DNA of 64,000 nt from Clostridia bacterium (GCA_900768545.1 CAAGDD010000004.1:83493-147492), one strand, 5' to 3'. Shown: positions 9,006 to 17,827, counted from the first letter of the stretch. Numbers and translations are program-made. The notes: generated by a model from the sequence alone, not told the origin.

Positions 9006-10265
9006 ATGGAAGAAAAATTTTTGATCAATGGTGGAACAAAACTTGTTGGAGAAATCAAGGCTGACGGGGCGAAAAACGCTTTTTTGCCGATTTTGGCGGG
9101 CTGCGTTTTGGCGGAAGATGAGTTTTGTTTAAACAATTATGTAAATTTGTCAGACCTTTTGTGTATGCGTGAAATTTTGGCTGTTTTAAACTGCAAAACT
9201 TCAAGCGATGACGGAAGTGTTTTTGTTGACACAAGAAATATTAAAAATGCGAAAATCAGTTTCGAACTTACTCAAAAAGTGCGTGCATCTATTTTTTTAT
9301 TGGGGCCACTTCTTTCAAAATTTCGAAGTGCTGTTATGGCTTTCCCGGGCGGGTGCAATATCGGCTCTCGACCTATCGATATTCACATAAACGGCTTGAA
9401 AAGTTTTGGCGCACGGATTGTTGAGCGTCACGGCTACATTTATTGTTATGGCGAAAATATGCACAGTGCTCAAATTCGACTGTCGTTTCCAAGCGTCGGC
9501 GCGACCGAGAGTTTGATGATGTGTGCAACATTGTTAGATGGTGAAAGTGTGCTGAAAAATTGCGCAAAAGAACCCGAGATTATTGACCTTCAAAACTTTT
9601 TAAACAAAATGGGAGCAAAGGTTTCGGGCGCGGGCACTGACACGATAAAAATCGTTGGAGTTAAACACTTGCACGGGTGCGAATATGATGTTATGGGCGA
9701 TCGAATCGTTGCGGGAACTTATCTCTTGGCGGCGGCAACTTGCGGCGGTGATGTGACCGTTTTTGGCACAAAATCTTTGCACAACGAAAGTTTGATTTCG
9801 TTTCTTAAACAAACTGCTTGCCAAATTGATACGTTTGATGATAAAATAAGATTGAAAGCAGACAAAAGGCTTTCTTCGATTTTGAATATCCAAACAATGC
9901 CTTATCCAAATTTTCCGACCGACCTTCAATCTCAAATGATGGTGCTTCAAACGGTCAGTGATGGGGTGAGCGTGATTGGCGAAAACGTGTTTGAAAATCG
10001 TTTTGCTGTGGCGTGCGAACTCAACAAAATGGGTGCTGATATCGCCATAAATGGCAAGACGGCACTTGTGCGTGGCGTTGAAAAATTGTATGGCGCAGAT
10101 GTGTTTTCGACAGACCTTCGAGCCGGCGCAGCGTTGGTGATTGCGGGAATGAAAGCCGAAGGCTACACCACCGTGCACAACGGACAAATCATCGACCGCG
10201 GATATGAAAAAATTGAAGATAAATACAAATTGCTCGGGGCGGATATAACGAGAATTGTTGAATAA
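9006..10265 (+). CDS. murA: UDP-N-acetylglucosamine 1-carboxyvinyltransferase
   Basis: The start at 9006 (MEEKFLINGGTKLVGEI) matches MurA N-termini. The active-site Cys context FPGGCNIGSRPID is present. The track start at 8928 is an upstream extension. Confidence 0.9.
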   Translation: MEEKFLINGGTKLVGEIKADGAKNAFLPILAGCVLAEDEFCLNNYVNLSDLLCMREILAVLNCKTSSDDGSVFVDTRNIKNAKISFELTQKVRASIFLLGPLLSKFRSAVMAFPGGCNIGSRPIDIHINGLKSFGARIVERHGYIYCYGENMHSAQIRLSFPSVGATESLMMCATLLDGESVLKNCAKEPEIIDLQNFLNKMGAKVSGAGTDTIKIVGVKHLHGCEYDVMGDRIVAGTYLLAAATCGGDVTVFGTKSLHNESLISFLKQTACQIDTFDDKIRLKADKRLSSILNIQTMPYPNFPTDLQSQMMVLQTVSDGVSVIGENVFENRFAVACELNKMGADIAINGKTALVRGVEKLYGADVFSTDLRAGAALVIAGMKAEGYTTVHNGQIIDRGYEKIEDKYKLLGADITRIVE

Positions 10266-10291
10266 TTTTGTTTGTCACAAAAGGAAGAAAA

Positions 10292-11254
10292 ATGAGCAAA
10301 AAATGGATAATTTCATTATCAATAATTTTTTCAATTTTGGCAGTTGTGCTTATTCTTTTTTGGACACTTTTTGGTCTTTCATCAGTGACGGTCGAATTTG
10401 ATTCAACACTTCAAAATTTGACTGTTTCAGAGCAAGAAATTTTGGACGCTGGCGAGTTTAAATATCATTCTTGTGTGCTTTTTGACGGGAAGAAAAAATA
10501 TATTCAAAAAATCGAAGACAAGGCTTTTGAAAATCCAAATTTTGCATATTTAAGAGTTGTAAATGTCGAAACAAGATTTCCAAACAAATATATCGTGCAT
10601 GTGACTGAAAGAGAACAACTTTTTGCTATCGAAAACAACGGACAAGTTTTGATTTGTGACCGCGATTTGAGAGTCTTGAAAATTGAAGATAGTTTTGTGT
10701 CAGTTCAATCAAATCCTATTTTGGTGCAAGGTGCAAAAATCTTGACTCAAGATGTCAAAGTGGGCGACTTTTTGGAAATTGAACAACAAAGTTTGAAAAA
10801 AGTTTATAGCGCATTTTTGAAAAGTAATCGTGACTTTTCGCAAATTGTTGGAAAGTTTAAGTCGTTCAAACTGGGAACTTGCGTGGCTGAAATCACGGGC
10901 AAAGAGTATGTTTCGCTCACCATGACGACTTTTGGTGACAAAACTTTTGTGATAAACAACATTGATTTTGCGTTAAATCAAAAGATTTCTCTTGCTTTGT
11001 CAGTCGAAGCAAGTGTTTATGCTCAAACTTTTGACGAAGACGGAAATGTCATAAACAAAAGTGGAGATAACATCTTTGTGATTGCAAATGAGCGTGGCGA
11101 ATATGTGCCTTTTGAAGAAGGAATGGACGAGTCGAAAAAAGAAAAACTCGGGCTTGAAAATATGAAGACAATTTTAGTGGACAATTTGGTGATAACTGAT
11201 CACACTCCACGAACTGAAAAAGATATTTATTATTGCTTTTTGAAAACGACTTGA
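10292..11254 (+). CDS. FtsQ/DivIB-like cell-division protein (single TM plus POTRA-like domain)
   Basis: SD AAGGAAG plus ATG at 10292. It has an N-terminal TM helix and the POTRA-type segment VTVEF...RFPNKYIVHVTEREQLFAI. It sits at the dcw-cluster position. Confidence 0.65.
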   Translation: MSKKWIISLSIIFSILAVVLILFWTLFGLSSVTVEFDSTLQNLTVSEQEILDAGEFKYHSCVLFDGKKKYIQKIEDKAFENPNFAYLRVVNVETRFPNKYIVHVTEREQLFAIENNGQVLICDRDLRVLKIEDSFVSVQSNPILVQGAKILTQDVKVGDFLEIEQQSLKKVYSAFLKSNRDFSQIVGKFKSFKLGTCVAEITGKEYVSLTMTTFGDKTFVINNIDFALNQKISLALSVEASVYAQTFDEDGNVINKSGDNIFVIANERGEYVPFEEGMDESKKEKLGLENMKTILVDNLVITDHTPRTEKDIYYCFLKTT

Positions 11255-11255
11255 C

Positions 11256-11382
11256 GGGGCAGACGAAGAGCCCCGAAGGGGCGGAAAAGCGCATGAGAAA
11301 ATGAAACCTGTGCGGCTTCATTTTTTTTGCGCTTTTCACAACGCGCCGTGGCTGGCCGCCACGGTCGCGGCTTCGTTCGCCC
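11256..11382. repeat. GC-rich four-helix palindromic intergenic element, copy A1
   Basis: Closing stem GGGGCAGACGAAG/CTTCGTTCGCCC. Internal hairpins at 11270-11282, 11284-11292/11329-11337 (with CTTCAT+T8 inside) and 11346-11364. Confidence 0.75.
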
Positions 11383-11395
11383 ACATCACATCGCA

Positions 11396-11463
11396 GGGGC
11401 GAAAGTTTGCGTTGAAACGCCTTTCAACGCAAGTTTTGCCGCGCGATCTTAACCCTTCGCACC
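11396..11463. repeat. Truncated element, copy A2 (homologous to the 5' half of 15181-15309)
   Basis: GGGGCGAAAGTTTGCGTTGAAA..TTTCAACGCAAGTTTTGCCGCG aligns with 15181-15233. A degenerate GC-rich tail continues to about 11520. Confidence 0.6.
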
Positions 11464-11741
11464 TTTCTGCCACATTTTCTCGTGCGCCAAAACAGGCGAC
11501 GCACCCCGCGCGCTGCCCCAAATTTTCACCCCAAAAAATCATCAAATCACGCACAATTTGTCAAAATTGCAAAAAAAATAACAAAATTTTGTCAAAAAAA
11601 GGCTGAAAAATGTCGAAAAATATTTGCTAAAAAAAATATATTAAATTATAATAAATAATATAGTTGTTGCTTTCACGGGTGGCGTGAATTTAGCAACTTC
11701 AGCTATCAAGCACAGCGATAAAATGTGTCACAGGGAGGCAA

Positions 11742-14036
11742 ATGAAGAATAAAATATTTTACACATTTTCTGTAATATTTTTTGCGATAACTGCACTTTG
11801 TGAAGGACTTTTTCTATGCCAAATTTTCAATAGGGATAGTCTTAGCCCGCATGGCTTATTTTCGATCGCGACCGAGTATTTTAATTTTGCTTTAACTGAC
11901 AATGGCCGTCATGGTATCGAGCTTCCAGACTTGACGTCTGTTGTGCCAGAGTATGAAAAAGTGGTTGAGCTCACTTTCAATCCCTATCATGCATTTTTGG
12001 GTGATGATGTTTATGTTATGACACTTGATGAGTTTTATGTAATGTGGCCTGACAAGGTTGACGAGGTTGATAATTCAAACAATATAAATATTTATATTAG
12101 TTGGAGTGACACTCCAATTGGAAGAGTGATGTGCATTGTTCCTAACGGCGAAAATATTGTAAATTTATCTTCATTTACAGAAAAAAAACGATCAATTCAA
12201 TATTATTTCACAGTGTCAGAAGGTGCGTCAAATATTTTTTCCGGCTTTGAAAGGTTGAGAGTTTTGGATATGTCAGGTGTTTTTGTTAAAAACTGCTCAA
12301 ATGCAGACGGAATGCTTGGCAATTTGTCAGGTTTGAAGTTGGGGAAGATGCCGATTCCACTTGATAATAGCATAACAGACAATATGATAGATGGAAATGA
12401 GGTGTCAAGCGAAGAATTTATGCCTTTTGGCGAAATTGGCTGTCCTTACCAAACTCAGGCGTATTCGGATTGTGAACTTATGGAGTTTCCTTTTGACAGA
12501 CAGCATCATGAAGATGGTCATGATGGATCGTGTTATACTGATGGCTGTGACGAAAACTTTTGGAATGATTTTTGGAACAGTCTTGGCGTCGATCCAATAA
12601 GTATAACACAGGTTTATTTCAATAGTGAAGAAGCTATTTCAAATTTTAACATGTCAAATGATACCAGCATTACAGCAGAATCTGTCGGTGTTGGTCCTTT
12701 TACTTCGGCTTATGGAGAAATTCAAGTTTATGTTTCAAGTGGCAATTGGAATATTTATGACGCTTATGGCGAAACATTTTATAGTTTATATTCAAGCGAA
12801 CTTGATGATTATGATGGTTCTGAGCCTGTAGTCATAAATTTTGTAGGAAATTTCAATATTGGTCACCGAATAAACTTTTCGCCATTAAAAAATTTGTGTT
12901 ATGTTGATATGTCTGGCGCTTGGGCTTATATGATGCGTGGTGCACTTGCTGCGTCAGAGTCTATCGGAACTATTCCTAGGGTGAAAAGCGGAACTGGTTT
13001 TATGGGATATGTAATGCCAATATATGTTCCTTATGAAGATCCAGTTGATAATGAAGATGTTTACAATGAAGGTCACTTTTTTGGATATGGTGCTTCTTTT
13101 GAAGGACGAAACAACTCGTTGTCAGGGACTGGCTGCAATAGTGGATACAATTTGTATAGAAATGAGTCACAATATATCGTTCATATCACTTTGGACAAAA
13201 ATGGTGGTTCAAACGGGTCGGACGGCGTTTGGTTTTTGCAAAATACTTCGACATATTATGACAATGCAGATATGAGTTATTCAAATAAGGTAACACAAAT
13301 TTCTGTTCCAACAAAAACAAATTATATTTTCGCGGGATATCAATATAACGGAACTGTGTATAATGGAAAATTGTTTATCGACAGCAATGGAAAATTTGCA
13401 AGTAATTTTGGGTCGTTTTTTGTTGAAGATGCGACGCTGACAGCACTTTGGGTTGAGCCTCAAGTGGTTTCAGTTTCGTTGAATCCAAACGGCGGAAGCG
13501 GAGTAGATTCGGCGGTTTATTACTACTATTATGTAAACAAATATTACAAAGATTCGACTATGGCAAACAGATTTGATTACAACAAAATCACTTGCCCTAC
13601 TCAATCTGGATATAAATTTTTGGGTTATTACACAGAATCCACTGGCGGAACACAATATATTTCAAGCACTGGAAATATTTCAGATGACTTGTGCTACAAA
13701 ATCAACAGTTCTACGACATTATTTGCTCACTGGCGAGATAGTTCTGGTGGCGGTGGAGGCGGAACAGTCACCCCGACCACTTACACAGTTTCAGTGACAA
13801 TCAAATCAAGCACAAGCAGCAATCCAAACACTTTTGAAAGTTCGACTTCGGGAATGAATAGTGTGACTGCAAACTATTATGCAAGTTCAACAAGTCAATC
13901 GTCTTCAAGCATTTCAAACGCAAGTTCGAGTTTCACTTCGGTGAAGAACAAAGATTTTAAACTTACAGCAGCGGCAAAAAATGGATATCTATTTTTTGGA
14001 TTTACGACAAGCAATTCTGCGCCAAGCCCAACTTAA
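11742..14036 (+). CDS. Large secreted/surface protein with Listeria-Bacteroides-type (InlB B-repeat-like) repeats; N-terminal segment of an interrupted reading frame
   Basis: SD GGGAGG and an N-terminal hydrophobic segment. Two clear repeats of the pattern NGG...GY.F.GY...........TL.A.W, then a G6 linker and a Ser/Thr-rich region. It ends at a TAA inside a third repeat. Confidence 0.7.
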   Translation: MKNKIFYTFSVIFFAITALCEGLFLCQIFNRDSLSPHGLFSIATEYFNFALTDNGRHGIELPDLTSVVPEYEKVVELTFNPYHAFLGDDVYVMTLDEFYVMWPDKVDEVDNSNNINIYISWSDTPIGRVMCIVPNGENIVNLSSFTEKKRSIQYYFTVSEGASNIFSGFERLRVLDMSGVFVKNCSNADGMLGNLSGLKLGKMPIPLDNSITDNMIDGNEVSSEEFMPFGEIGCPYQTQAYSDCELMEFPFDRQHHEDGHDGSCYTDGCDENFWNDFWNSLGVDPISITQVYFNSEEAISNFNMSNDTSITAESVGVGPFTSAYGEIQVYVSSGNWNIYDAYGETFYSLYSSELDDYDGSEPVVINFVGNFNIGHRINFSPLKNLCYVDMSGAWAYMMRGALAASESIGTIPRVKSGTGFMGYVMPIYVPYEDPVDNEDVYNEGHFFGYGASFEGRNNSLSGTGCNSGYNLYRNESQYIVHITLDKNGGSNGSDGVWFLQNTSTYYDNADMSYSNKVTQISVPTKTNYIFAGYQYNGTVYNGKLFIDSNGKFASNFGSFFVEDATLTALWVEPQVVSVSLNPNGGSGVDSAVYYYYYVNKYYKDSTMANRFDYNKITCPTQSGYKFLGYYTESTGGTQYISSTGNISDDLCYKINSSTTLFAHWRDSSGGGGGGTVTPTTYTVSVTIKSSTSSNPNTFESSTSGMNSVTANYYASSTSQSSSSISNASSSFTSVKNKDFKLTAAAKNGYLFFGFTTSNSAPSPT

Positions 14037-14039
14037 ACC

Positions 14040-14987
14040 GTGAGCGAGTCGCAAAGTTGGACGATCTCGTCAAACACTTCGATATATGTTTGGTTTAAGG
14101 CTGTTTCGGGGAACAAACTCAAATATGACTCGACCGACAAATATTGGTATTTCGAAGACGGAAAGACGCTTCAAAGTTATGTCGGCGATAAACTGAACAG
14201 CGAGATAAATTCGAGCATAGATAAGACGACTGCTTCGACAGGAGAACTTACAATTTTCACCGTTGGCGGAACTGGTCACAATGTAAATTTATATAGATTT
14301 AAAGGCGAAATTTATGGTGCAGTCACCACTTTGCAAACAATGAATTTGAAATTGAGTGGAACTGACTATGCGTTTACAAAGGGGGAAACTTATTGGTTTA
14401 AATATGAGCCTATCCGTTGGCGTGTGAGTGATTATGGCATTCCAAGCACAAGTTATCCAACGGGTTGGGATAAGTATGGTTGCTATAATACTAACTTCAC
14501 AGCCGTTTCAGACAAGATTGTTTACGCTTCTCAATTAAACACAGAAGAATTCACTCTTGGTGAAAATGGCTGCTATACAAACACAATGGTTAGCGGTTAT
14601 AAAGACGGCGCTTATTCAATGGATGTGAGAATTAAAGAAAACTCTTTCAATTATTTGGCAGAAACAGATGCAAACATGACTCAATTTACTTCGCAAGACA
14701 AGTCGGAAGACAGAAGAACAGTGGTTTATCGCTTTAGACTTCGCGTGGCGAATGTTGAAGAACTTGAGAACAACTTCTCTGACTTGCGTTCGACCGCAAC
14801 TGATTATGTAGCGTTTTTGCTTGGCATAAATACTGACCAATATTGCAATTATTTCACGAGAGATGTAGGAACAAAATATTACAATATGACCGGCATTGGT
14901 GTTGATGGCAGGTTGCACGACTATTATTCAAATCAGTTTATGGGCATGCGCCTTGCAATGACATTTACTCAAGGCTCGAGATATTAA
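14040..14987 (+). CDS. Continuation of the same surface-protein frame, downstream of a single in-frame TAA (14034-14036); probably not an independent gene
   Basis: Same frame as 11742-14036. There is no SD before the GTG and no signal peptide. The first residues (WTISSNTSIYVWF) complete the repeat begun upstream (NGYLFFGF). Confidence 0.45.
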   Translation: MSESQSWTISSNTSIYVWFKAVSGNKLKYDSTDKYWYFEDGKTLQSYVGDKLNSEINSSIDKTTASTGELTIFTVGGTGHNVNLYRFKGEIYGAVTTLQTMNLKLSGTDYAFTKGETYWFKYEPIRWRVSDYGIPSTSYPTGWDKYGCYNTNFTAVSDKIVYASQLNTEEFTLGENGCYTNTMVSGYKDGAYSMDVRIKENSFNYLAETDANMTQFTSQDKSEDRRTVVYRFRLRVANVEELENNFSDLRSTATDYVAFLLGINTDQYCNYFTRDVGTKYYNMTGIGVDGRLHDYYSNQFMGMRLAMTFTQGSRY

Positions 14988-14989
14988 AA

Positions 14990-15143
14990 GGGCGACGGGA
15001 AAAGCAAATCAAAAGATTTGCTTTTTTTTGTTGCAAAAGGCGGTGAGTGTGATGTGAAAATGAGCGGTGCGATGCGGCGGGTGGAGAGTTTGAAATGCCT
15101 TTGACGCCTTTTGCAACTCTGCCGCGTGCGGCAGCCGTCGCCC
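14990..15143. repeat. GC-rich palindromic element, copy B1 (variant architecture)
   Basis: Closing stem GGGCGACGG/CCGTCGCCC. It contains the terminator hairpin AGCAAATC-aaaa-GATTTGCT+T8, the 13-bp stem GTTGCAAAAGGCG/CGCCTTTTGCAAC, and the hairpin CTGCCGC..GCGGCAG. Confidence 0.75.
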
Positions 15144-15180
15144 GTGTTTGTTGAGAAAAAGGTGTTTGAATGTTGAAACT

Positions 15181-15309
15181 GGGGCGAAAGTTGGCGTTGA
15201 AAAGCGTGTGCAATTCAACGCTGTTTTGCCGCGAAAAATGTGTTAAAAAACTTTGACTTTTTCTCGCTCGCGGCAAAACGCAGCCCTGCGGGCTGCAAAC
15301 CTTCGCCCC
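15181..15309. repeat. GC-rich four-helix palindromic element, copy B2
   Basis: Closing stem GGGGCGAA(A)G/CTTCGCCCC. Internal stems GCGTTGAA/TTCAACGC, TTTTGCCGCGA/TCGCGGCAAAA and GCAGCCC-tgc-GGGCTGC. Confidence 0.75.
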
Positions 15310-15326
15310 ACAGCTGATTGGTTTAC

Positions 15327-15359
15327 AAAAAAAAGACTTGCAAACTGCAAGTCTTTTTT
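15327..15359 (-). terminator. Bidirectional intrinsic terminator serving rpmB
   Basis: 10-bp stem AAGACTTGCA-aac-TGCAAGTCTT flanked by an A-run and a T-run. Confidence 0.7.
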
Positions 15360-15380
15360 ATTCCAAGTATCAAGCCAAAA

Positions 15381-15551
15381 CTATGCTTTTTTTGAAGTTC
15401 TAATGCATTTTGTGCAAGCCTTAACTTTCTTTCCGTCAATTTCGGCACTTTGCAAATTTACATTATACTTTCTTGGAGCTTTGTTATTAGCGTGGCTAAC
15501 TGTTTTTCCGTCCATTTTGCCTTTTCCGCAAACATCACATACTCTGCTCAT
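15381..15551 (-). CDS. rpmB: 50S ribosomal protein L28 (56 aa; not in the supplied ORF track because it is under 60 aa)
   Basis: My hand translation gives MSRVCDVCGKGKMDGKTVSHANNKAPRKYNVNLQSAEIDGKKVKACTKCIRTSKKA. SD GGAGAAATGAT precedes the ATG. It is divergent from the Asp23/DAK2 pair, as in Bacillus rpmB-yloU-yloV. Confidence 0.9.
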   Translation of the reverse strand: MSRVCDVCGKGKMDGKTVSHANNKAPRKYNVNLQSAEIDGKKVKACTKCIRTSKKA

Positions 15552-15713
15552 ATCATTTCTCCTTTAATAATTGTCGAGTTTAATCATAACACACAATTAA
15601 AAAAAAATCAACTGTTTTTGGCAAGGTTTATTATTAAAATTTTCAATTCTTGCATATATTTTGTTATAAAAGCAGTCCCAAAAATATTTTTTTTGTAAAA
15701 TCAATCAAAATAC

Positions 15714-15742
15714 TTGTCAAAAAAAATGGAATGTTGTATTAT
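15714..15742 (+). promoter_or_regulatory. Sigma-A-type promoter TTGTCA-17 nt-TATTAT upstream of the Asp23-family gene
   Basis: -35 at 15714-15719 and -10 at 15737-15742. Confidence 0.45.
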
Positions 15743-15781
15743 ATAAATGCGAAATAATCTAAACAAGGGGGAGAATTTCCT

Positions 15782-16132
15782 TTGACAGTCGATACAAACA
15801 ATTATTATGGCAATATTTCAATCAGCGACAATGCAATCCGCACTGTGGCTGGTTTTGTTGCTCTCGATTGTTATGGCGTTGTTGACCTTGTAGCAAAAAA
15901 TTTTAAAGAAAACGCCAGAGAACTTTTTAGAAAAGAAAGATATTCAAAAGGGATAACGGTCAGCCATATTGAAAACAGAATATTTATTGACATTCACTGC
16001 ATTTTAAAATACGGTGTTTCTATCAGTGCGGTGGCTGAATCTCTCAAAAAATCAGTAAAATATAGCGTAGAAAACTTCACGGGCATGATTGTTGATACTG
16101 TCAATGTCCATGTTGTGGGCGTGTGCGTATAA
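15782..16132 (+). CDS. Asp23/Gls24-family protein (YloU-like)
   Basis: TTG start after SD AAGGGGGAG. The N-terminal pattern GNISISDNAIRTVAGFVALDCYGVV is typical of Asp23. It has conserved synteny with the following DAK2 gene. Confidence 0.85.
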   Translation: MTVDTNNYYGNISISDNAIRTVAGFVALDCYGVVDLVAKNFKENARELFRKERYSKGITVSHIENRIFIDIHCILKYGVSISAVAESLKKSVKYSVENFTGMIVDTVNVHVVGVCV

Positions 16133-16147
16133 ATTTAGGGAGCAGTT

Positions 16148-17782
16148 ATGCAAAAATCGATAAACGGAGCAACCTTTCGCAAGATGCTTCTTGCCGGAGT
16201 TAGTTTGCTCGAACAAAATAAAGAATATATAGACTCATTAAACGTATTTCCAGTGCCAGATGGCGACACAGGAACAAATATGTTTTTGACGATGAAATCA
16301 GCAGTCGGAGAAGTAAACAAGTGTATGAACAATGACCTTGCATCACTCTCTGAAGCTTTTTCAAAAGGTGCGCTTCGTGGCGCTCGTGGAAACAGCGGTG
16401 TTATCACTTCACAAATTTTCAAAGGCTTTTGTTCTGTAACAAAAAATTTGAAAGAAATCACAACCAAAGACTTCGCAAAAGCTATGCAAGAAGGTGCAAC
16501 AATCGCATATAAAGCGGTTACAAAACCAAAAGAAGGCACAATTTTGACCGTAATTCGTGTTATGTCAGAAAACGCTGTTGCTTTGGCTAAAAAACACGAC
16601 GACTTTGATGTTTGGTTTAAAAAAGTTATCGACACCGGTGAAGAAATCTTGAAACAAACTCCAGAAATGTTGCCAGTTTTGAAAAAGGCAGGCGTTGTTG
16701 ACTCTGGTGGTCGCGGAATTTTGGTTATCTTCACAGGTTTTTGCCGTTATTTAGCTGGCGAAGAAGATTTGGAATATGTTTTCGAAGACGAAACAAAGCC
16801 ACAGACTGTTGATGATGTTATCGCTGATATCAACAATCTTAGCGATATCGAATTTGGCTATTGCACCGAATATATGATTATCAATATGTTTAAGAAGACG
16901 ACAGAAGCGGATATCGAAAAATTGAGAGAAAAACTTATGGAAATCGGTGATTCAGTTATCTGTATTGGCGACCTTTCATTGGTTAAGGTTCACGTTCACA
17001 CAAACGAACCAAACAAGGCTCTTGGCTACGCTTTGGAACTTGGCGAACTTTACAATCTCAAAATCGAAAATATGAGAGAACAAAATCGTGAACTCAAGAA
17101 AAAAGCACAAATTGCTGAAAATTCAAAGGAAATTGGTATGATTTCTGTTGCTCCTGGCGACGGATTTGCTTCAATTTTCAAAGAGTTGTTGGTTGACGAA
17201 AATATCGTTGGCGGACAAACTATGAATCCAAGTGCAGAAGATATCGCAAACGCTGCTGATAAAGTTCCTGCAAGAAATGTCTTTGTTTTCCCAAACAACA
17301 AAAACATCATTTTGGCTGCTGAACAAGCAAACGATGTGACAAACAAAAACTTGATTATTATCCCAACAAAGAGCGTGCCAGAAGGCATCGCTGCAGCTAT
17401 CGCTTTCAATCCAGATGCTTCTGTTGAAGAAAATCAAAGTGCAATGCTTGAAGCTGTTAAAAATGTTCGTTCTGGATCAGTTACTTACGCTGTTCGTGAC
17501 ACTCACGTTGACGGATTTGACCTTACAAAAGGTGAAATCATTGGACTTGACAACAAGGCGATCTTGGCAAAAGGAAACTTGGTAGGCGACACAACTGAAA
17601 AACTTATTGACGCTATGTTTGATGACTCTGTTATGAATATCACTCTTTTCTATGGAGAAGATATTAGAGAAGACGAAGCAAACGAACTTCAAGAACGTAT
17701 CGCAAACAAATATCCTGACTGTGAAGTTACTGTTGCTCATGGTGGCCAACCAGTTTATTATTATTTGATTTCTCTTGAATAA
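16148..17782 (+). CDS. DAK2 (DhaL-like) domain fusion protein, YloV family
   Basis: DhaL motif PDGDTGTNM near the N-terminus. The ~544-aa length and its position after the Asp23 gene match the YloV family. Confidence 0.9.
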   Translation: MQKSINGATFRKMLLAGVSLLEQNKEYIDSLNVFPVPDGDTGTNMFLTMKSAVGEVNKCMNNDLASLSEAFSKGALRGARGNSGVITSQIFKGFCSVTKNLKEITTKDFAKAMQEGATIAYKAVTKPKEGTILTVIRVMSENAVALAKKHDDFDVWFKKVIDTGEEILKQTPEMLPVLKKAGVVDSGGRGILVIFTGFCRYLAGEEDLEYVFEDETKPQTVDDVIADINNLSDIEFGYCTEYMIINMFKKTTEADIEKLREKLMEIGDSVICIGDLSLVKVHVHTNEPNKALGYALELGELYNLKIENMREQNRELKKKAQIAENSKEIGMISVAPGDGFASIFKELLVDENIVGGQTMNPSAEDIANAADKVPARNVFVFPNNKNIILAAEQANDVTNKNLIIIPTKSVPEGIAAAIAFNPDASVEENQSAMLEAVKNVRSGSVTYAVRDTHVDGFDLTKGEIIGLDNKAILAKGNLVGDTTEKLIDAMFDDSVMNITLFYGEDIREDEANELQERIANKYPDCEVTVAHGGQPVYYYLISLE

Positions 17783-17800
17783 AATTATTAAAACATAACA

Positions 17801-17827
17801 AAAACACGGCGAAATGTCGTGTTTTTT
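17801..17827 (+). terminator. Weak intrinsic terminator after the DAK2 gene
   Basis: ACACG-9 nt-CGTGT with a T-run. Confidence 0.4.

Noticed and set aside
11301-11606. Track ORFs lying over the GC-rich elements: 11301-11606, 11336-11554, 14965-15276, 15009-15218, 22799-23050, 22847-23104, 30850-31077, 32575-32832, 35272-35523, 35288-35752, 41307-41666, 41402-41782 and 41464-41706.
   Set aside because: They exist only because GC-rich palindromes lack AT-rich stop codons on both strands. They have no SD, their Arg/Ala/Pro-rich composition is unlike the rest of the proteome, and they come in mirror-image pairs on the two strands.
14034-14036. Stop-codon reassignment (TAA read as sense) as the explanation for the in-frame stop in the surface protein.
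   Set aside because: TAA clearly terminates many conserved genes here at their expected C-termini, for example ddl, tuf, rpsL and rplM. TGA and TAG also act as stops (sigE, ftsQ-like, rpmB). The standard code applies.
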